DNA of 64,000 nucleotides from assembly GCA_963663765.2 (NCBI GenBank), contig CAXXUA010000005.1, forward strand, positions 1,120,001 to 1,184,000, read 5' to 3'. The first letter of the stretch is position 1. Each line of letters starts with the position of its first letter. Below are positions 61,190 through 64,000 of this stretch, in pieces. This DNA is from Candidatus Poribacteria bacterium (lineage in GTDB: Bacteria; Poribacteria; WGA-4E; WGA-3G). A program made the position numbers and the translations under genes. Below the pieces are notes generated by a model, which was not told the origin of the DNA, ran no database searches, and saw only the letters and a program-made list of their open reading frames with translations.

Positions 61190-61354
61190 CAGGACTTACG
61201 CAGTTTTCACAATTTAATCAAGAATAGTGTTGAAAATGATGTAATTTTCAACATTATTTGTGTTTCCAGCGCCAAATCAAGAAATCAACGGTATGAATGC
61301 CTTTTGGCATTCCCCGCCTACAAAGCGCGCCTACCGTTGGGTGCGTAAGTCTTG
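61190..61354. mobile_element. MITE-like element with CAGGACTTACGCA TIRs
   Basis: CAGGACTTACGCA...TGCGTAAGTCTTG; colinear with 14807-14964. Confidence 0.75.
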
Positions 61355-61385
61355 TTATTATTTAACGTTGTAAAATTAAAGTCTC

Positions 61386-63926
61386 TTATGATAAGAACGG
61401 AATCCAAAATTGAAAGTTGCAACCTTTGTCATTTTCACCTGCATCGACCCATATTTTTCCTTTGTGTGCTTCAACAAATCCTTGTGCAATTGACAGTCCT
61501 AAACCTGTTCCACCTTGTTCTCTTGTTTGAATATTGCTAAGTTGTCTGAATTTGTCAAAGACATTTTCTCGCTCTTCAGCGGGGATTCCTGGACCTGAGT
61601 CAATTACTTCAACGTGTATTCCATCATTTTCGTTTATAACATCAGTTTTTTCTTCATCTCTCGGGTACTTTTTACTTGTTATCTTGATCTTGACATAACC
61701 ATTTTCTGGAGTGAATTTAATAGCGTTTCCTATTAGATTAGTGAATATTTGCCCGATATATTCTGCGTCGCCTTTTGGTTGAGGTAAATCAGACTCTGCA
61801 TTATACGCCAAATCAATAGACTTTTCGTCTGCTTGTGGTTTGAGTTCCTCAATTCTTTGCTGACCAATTTCTACGATATCAATCGGTTCAAGGTTAATTA
61901 CAATTCGTCCAGCTTCAATTCTGGAGATATCAAGTAGATCGTTAATCATTTTTGCGAGTCGTTCTGATTGTCTGTGCGCACGAGACAAACTCAGTTGTTG
62001 TGCATCATTGAGTGGTCCTACTTTTCTGTCAAGTATAAGCGAAATAAATCCGATGATTGAAGTTAGTGGTGTTCGTAATTCATGCGAAACAAGTGCGACA
62101 AAATCAGATTTCATTTGGTCGATCTCATGCTGCTTTGTAATATCATCAAATACATAGACTGTTCCGGCCATATCCATATCTTCATCGGATAATGATTCGT
62201 CCTGTGTTGTTGTACTGATTGAAGCAAAACGGCTTGTCACAACACGTAGTACACGATTTTCTCCTTCTTGATCTAAAACAGTTGCTCGTGCATCCGTTCC
62301 TTGCGTATTCGCTGTTATTTGTAGGTTAGTTTCACGTAACAGATCAGTAAATCTTTCAGGAAATTCGTTAGCATCGCTAATATTTAGTAAGTGTTTTGCA
62401 GCTGGATTAAAGTAACGTATTCGGTCTTGTTTGTCAACAACAATAAGTCCTTCACCGAGGCAATCGACTATGGTTGTCATCTGTTGTTCAGCATTGATGA
62501 GTTTCTCAACAGCGATTTTTAGATTACGATACATGTCGTTAAATTCTTGCGCCAACATACCGACTTCGTTTTTGCTGTCAATTGAGATTAAATCTTCATC
62601 CTCATTTTGGTACCACTGCATATCTGCGATTTGTTTAAGAACCTGATCAGATTCTTGCTGAACAACTTCATTTGCTTCATGACCGATACGTTTTGCGGTT
62701 TGTGCGAGCTGCATAACAGGTTGTGAAATCCTTTTAGCTGCTACATAGGCGACAGGAATTACGATGACAGAAGATAGAATTGTAACCAATAATACATACT
62801 GATTCAGTTTAACGACACCAGCATAGGCTTGTGAATTTGGATATGAAACAAACATTATCCAGTTACTGAAATTAGGGTTTGTTTCCCATTCTAATCTTCT
62901 TTCCGCCACACCGTCGTTTCTCTGATCGTTTTCAAGTATACTGTTTTCTTGCCTATTTACTCGTCTTCCACGTCTTGTTCTTGTTCTTGCCCATCCATAT
63001 ACTCGAGATTCACTAAATCTATCGGTTTCTCCATCGGCTTCATATCCATGGTATTTTCCTTTTGTTCCTTTTTTTGCTTCAATAATTGCCCTTGCTGCAG
63101 CATTTTCAGTGCCAATTGAGTCCCCGATTTTATAGTTGCTATGTGTTGAAACAGAAATAATTATCCCATCTTCATTTGTAAGTATAGTATGGGATTTTTC
63201 CATTTCCGGCAGTAATTCAACAACATTTGATAGTTCTGGTAGATAGAGTACGACCTTAATCACACCGACAACATTTTTTTCATTTTTTGAAGAAGGTCTT
63301 TGTCTTCCTGATCTGATGGGTAATGCAACTAACAGACGATGCATTCCACGTTCAGCATCATAGGTAATATCCTCAGCGTAATCCAAACCAAGTCCATTAT
63401 TGATACTTTTGTTACACCAAATTTGGTCTTTTACATAATGTGGCATTGAGCTTGCTTGATCATATCTTAAATGCTGTTGATCTGAGTATAGAACATATCC
63501 AGCTGCATTTGTAATTGTTAATTCACTCCTGTTTCTATTTTGTCTTCCTCTAAACCTACTACTGGTATTTACTCTTAAGTCTCTAGTACTGTGGCTATTT
63601 TCTAAACTACTCCAGACATCAGTATATACTTGCATATTTATACCAGTCATGTTGGCTTTAGTAACATGTATTTGAATATCTGGGAGTTGTGATCGTATAT
63701 CGCGAATCTTATCTGAAATTGCGCGATCAACTCGGTATAGTTTTTCTTGCGCAAGTAGTACCAATCCTTCTCCGACACTACTTTTCAAAGCATTACCACC
63801 CAACACTTTAATTGTAAGTGAAACGACAAATAAAGGTGTGAGTGAAACAAGTAGAAACAGCACGACTTGTTGCCCGCGTAACCCCATTTTCAACACAGTC
63901 TTTTTTGCAGGTTTTGTATCTTGCAT
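61386..63926 (-). CDS. Membrane sensor histidine kinase (Cache-like, HAMP, PAS, HisKA, HATPase)
   Basis: Two TMs; VSHELRTPLTSI, NLIGNAIKFT, DSGPGI, GGTGLGL. Confidence 0.95.
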   Translation of the reverse strand: MQDTKPAKKTVLKMGLRGQQVVLFLLVSLTPLFVVSLTIKVLGGNALKSSVGEGLVLLAQEKLYRVDRAISDKIRDIRSQLPDIQIHVTKANMTGINMQVYTDVWSSLENSHSTRDLRVNTSSRFRGRQNRNRSELTITNAAGYVLYSDQQHLRYDQASSMPHYVKDQIWCNKSINNGLGLDYAEDITYDAERGMHRLLVALPIRSGRQRPSSKNEKNVVGVIKVVLYLPELSNVVELLPEMEKSHTILTNEDGIIISVSTHSNYKIGDSIGTENAAARAIIEAKKGTKGKYHGYEADGETDRFSESRVYGWARTRTRRGRRVNRQENSILENDQRNDGVAERRLEWETNPNFSNWIMFVSYPNSQAYAGVVKLNQYVLLVTILSSVIVIPVAYVAAKRISQPVMQLAQTAKRIGHEANEVVQQESDQVLKQIADMQWYQNEDEDLISIDSKNEVGMLAQEFNDMYRNLKIAVEKLINAEQQMTTIVDCLGEGLIVVDKQDRIRYFNPAAKHLLNISDANEFPERFTDLLRETNLQITANTQGTDARATVLDQEGENRVLRVVTSRFASISTTTQDESLSDEDMDMAGTVYVFDDITKQHEIDQMKSDFVALVSHELRTPLTSIIGFISLILDRKVGPLNDAQQLSLSRAHRQSERLAKMINDLLDISRIEAGRIVINLEPIDIVEIGQQRIEELKPQADEKSIDLAYNAESDLPQPKGDAEYIGQIFTNLIGNAIKFTPENGYVKIKITSKKYPRDEEKTDVINENDGIHVEVIDSGPGIPAEERENVFDKFRQLSNIQTREQGGTGLGLSIAQGFVEAHKGKIWVDAGENDKGCNFQFWIPFLS

Positions 63927-64000
63927 TCCTGCTCTCCTACAGCGGATAACTTGTTCAGTGTGATTACAGCGTATCTCAAAATGTGATTTTGTCTAAATTC

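Overview
64-kb bacterial chromosomal window, most likely Candidatus Poribacteria (inferred from the C-terminal AVEPxGKLTTTWGxLK motif, WD40 proteins with the LPExAxxRLGxG cap, a DUF6785/6784-type membrane protein and an ECF sigma fused to a large extracytoplasmic domain). Housekeeping and metabolic genes include msrA, pepP, nadC, gap-tpiA-secG, uxaC, galK, a ROK kinase and an Rsb-like partner-switching cluster. One intact IS4-family (IS50/Tn5-like) element has 21-bp TIRs and a 9-bp target duplication and sits inside a dispersed repeat. Main observations: (1) two non-coding tandem arrays share a 36-bp hairpin repeat, each with its own invariant 16-17-bp spacer and 7 cores, and each is enclosed in a different MITE-like shell with TIRs and a target-site duplication; (2) many intergenic regions are nested MITE-shell/REP-core composites; (3) two tandem dnaN paralogs, one with an altered partner-binding pocket; (4) a SelW/Rdx selenoprotein (CxxU) missed by the ORF track; (5) a DddK/DddW-like cupin, a candidate DMSP lyase, next to a stand-alone enoyl-CoA hydratase; (6) an apparently catalytically dead AccD-like protein at the end of the Rsb cluster. 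No rRNA, tRNA, cas gene or true CRISPR array was recognised. Family assignments come from motif recognition, not database searches.
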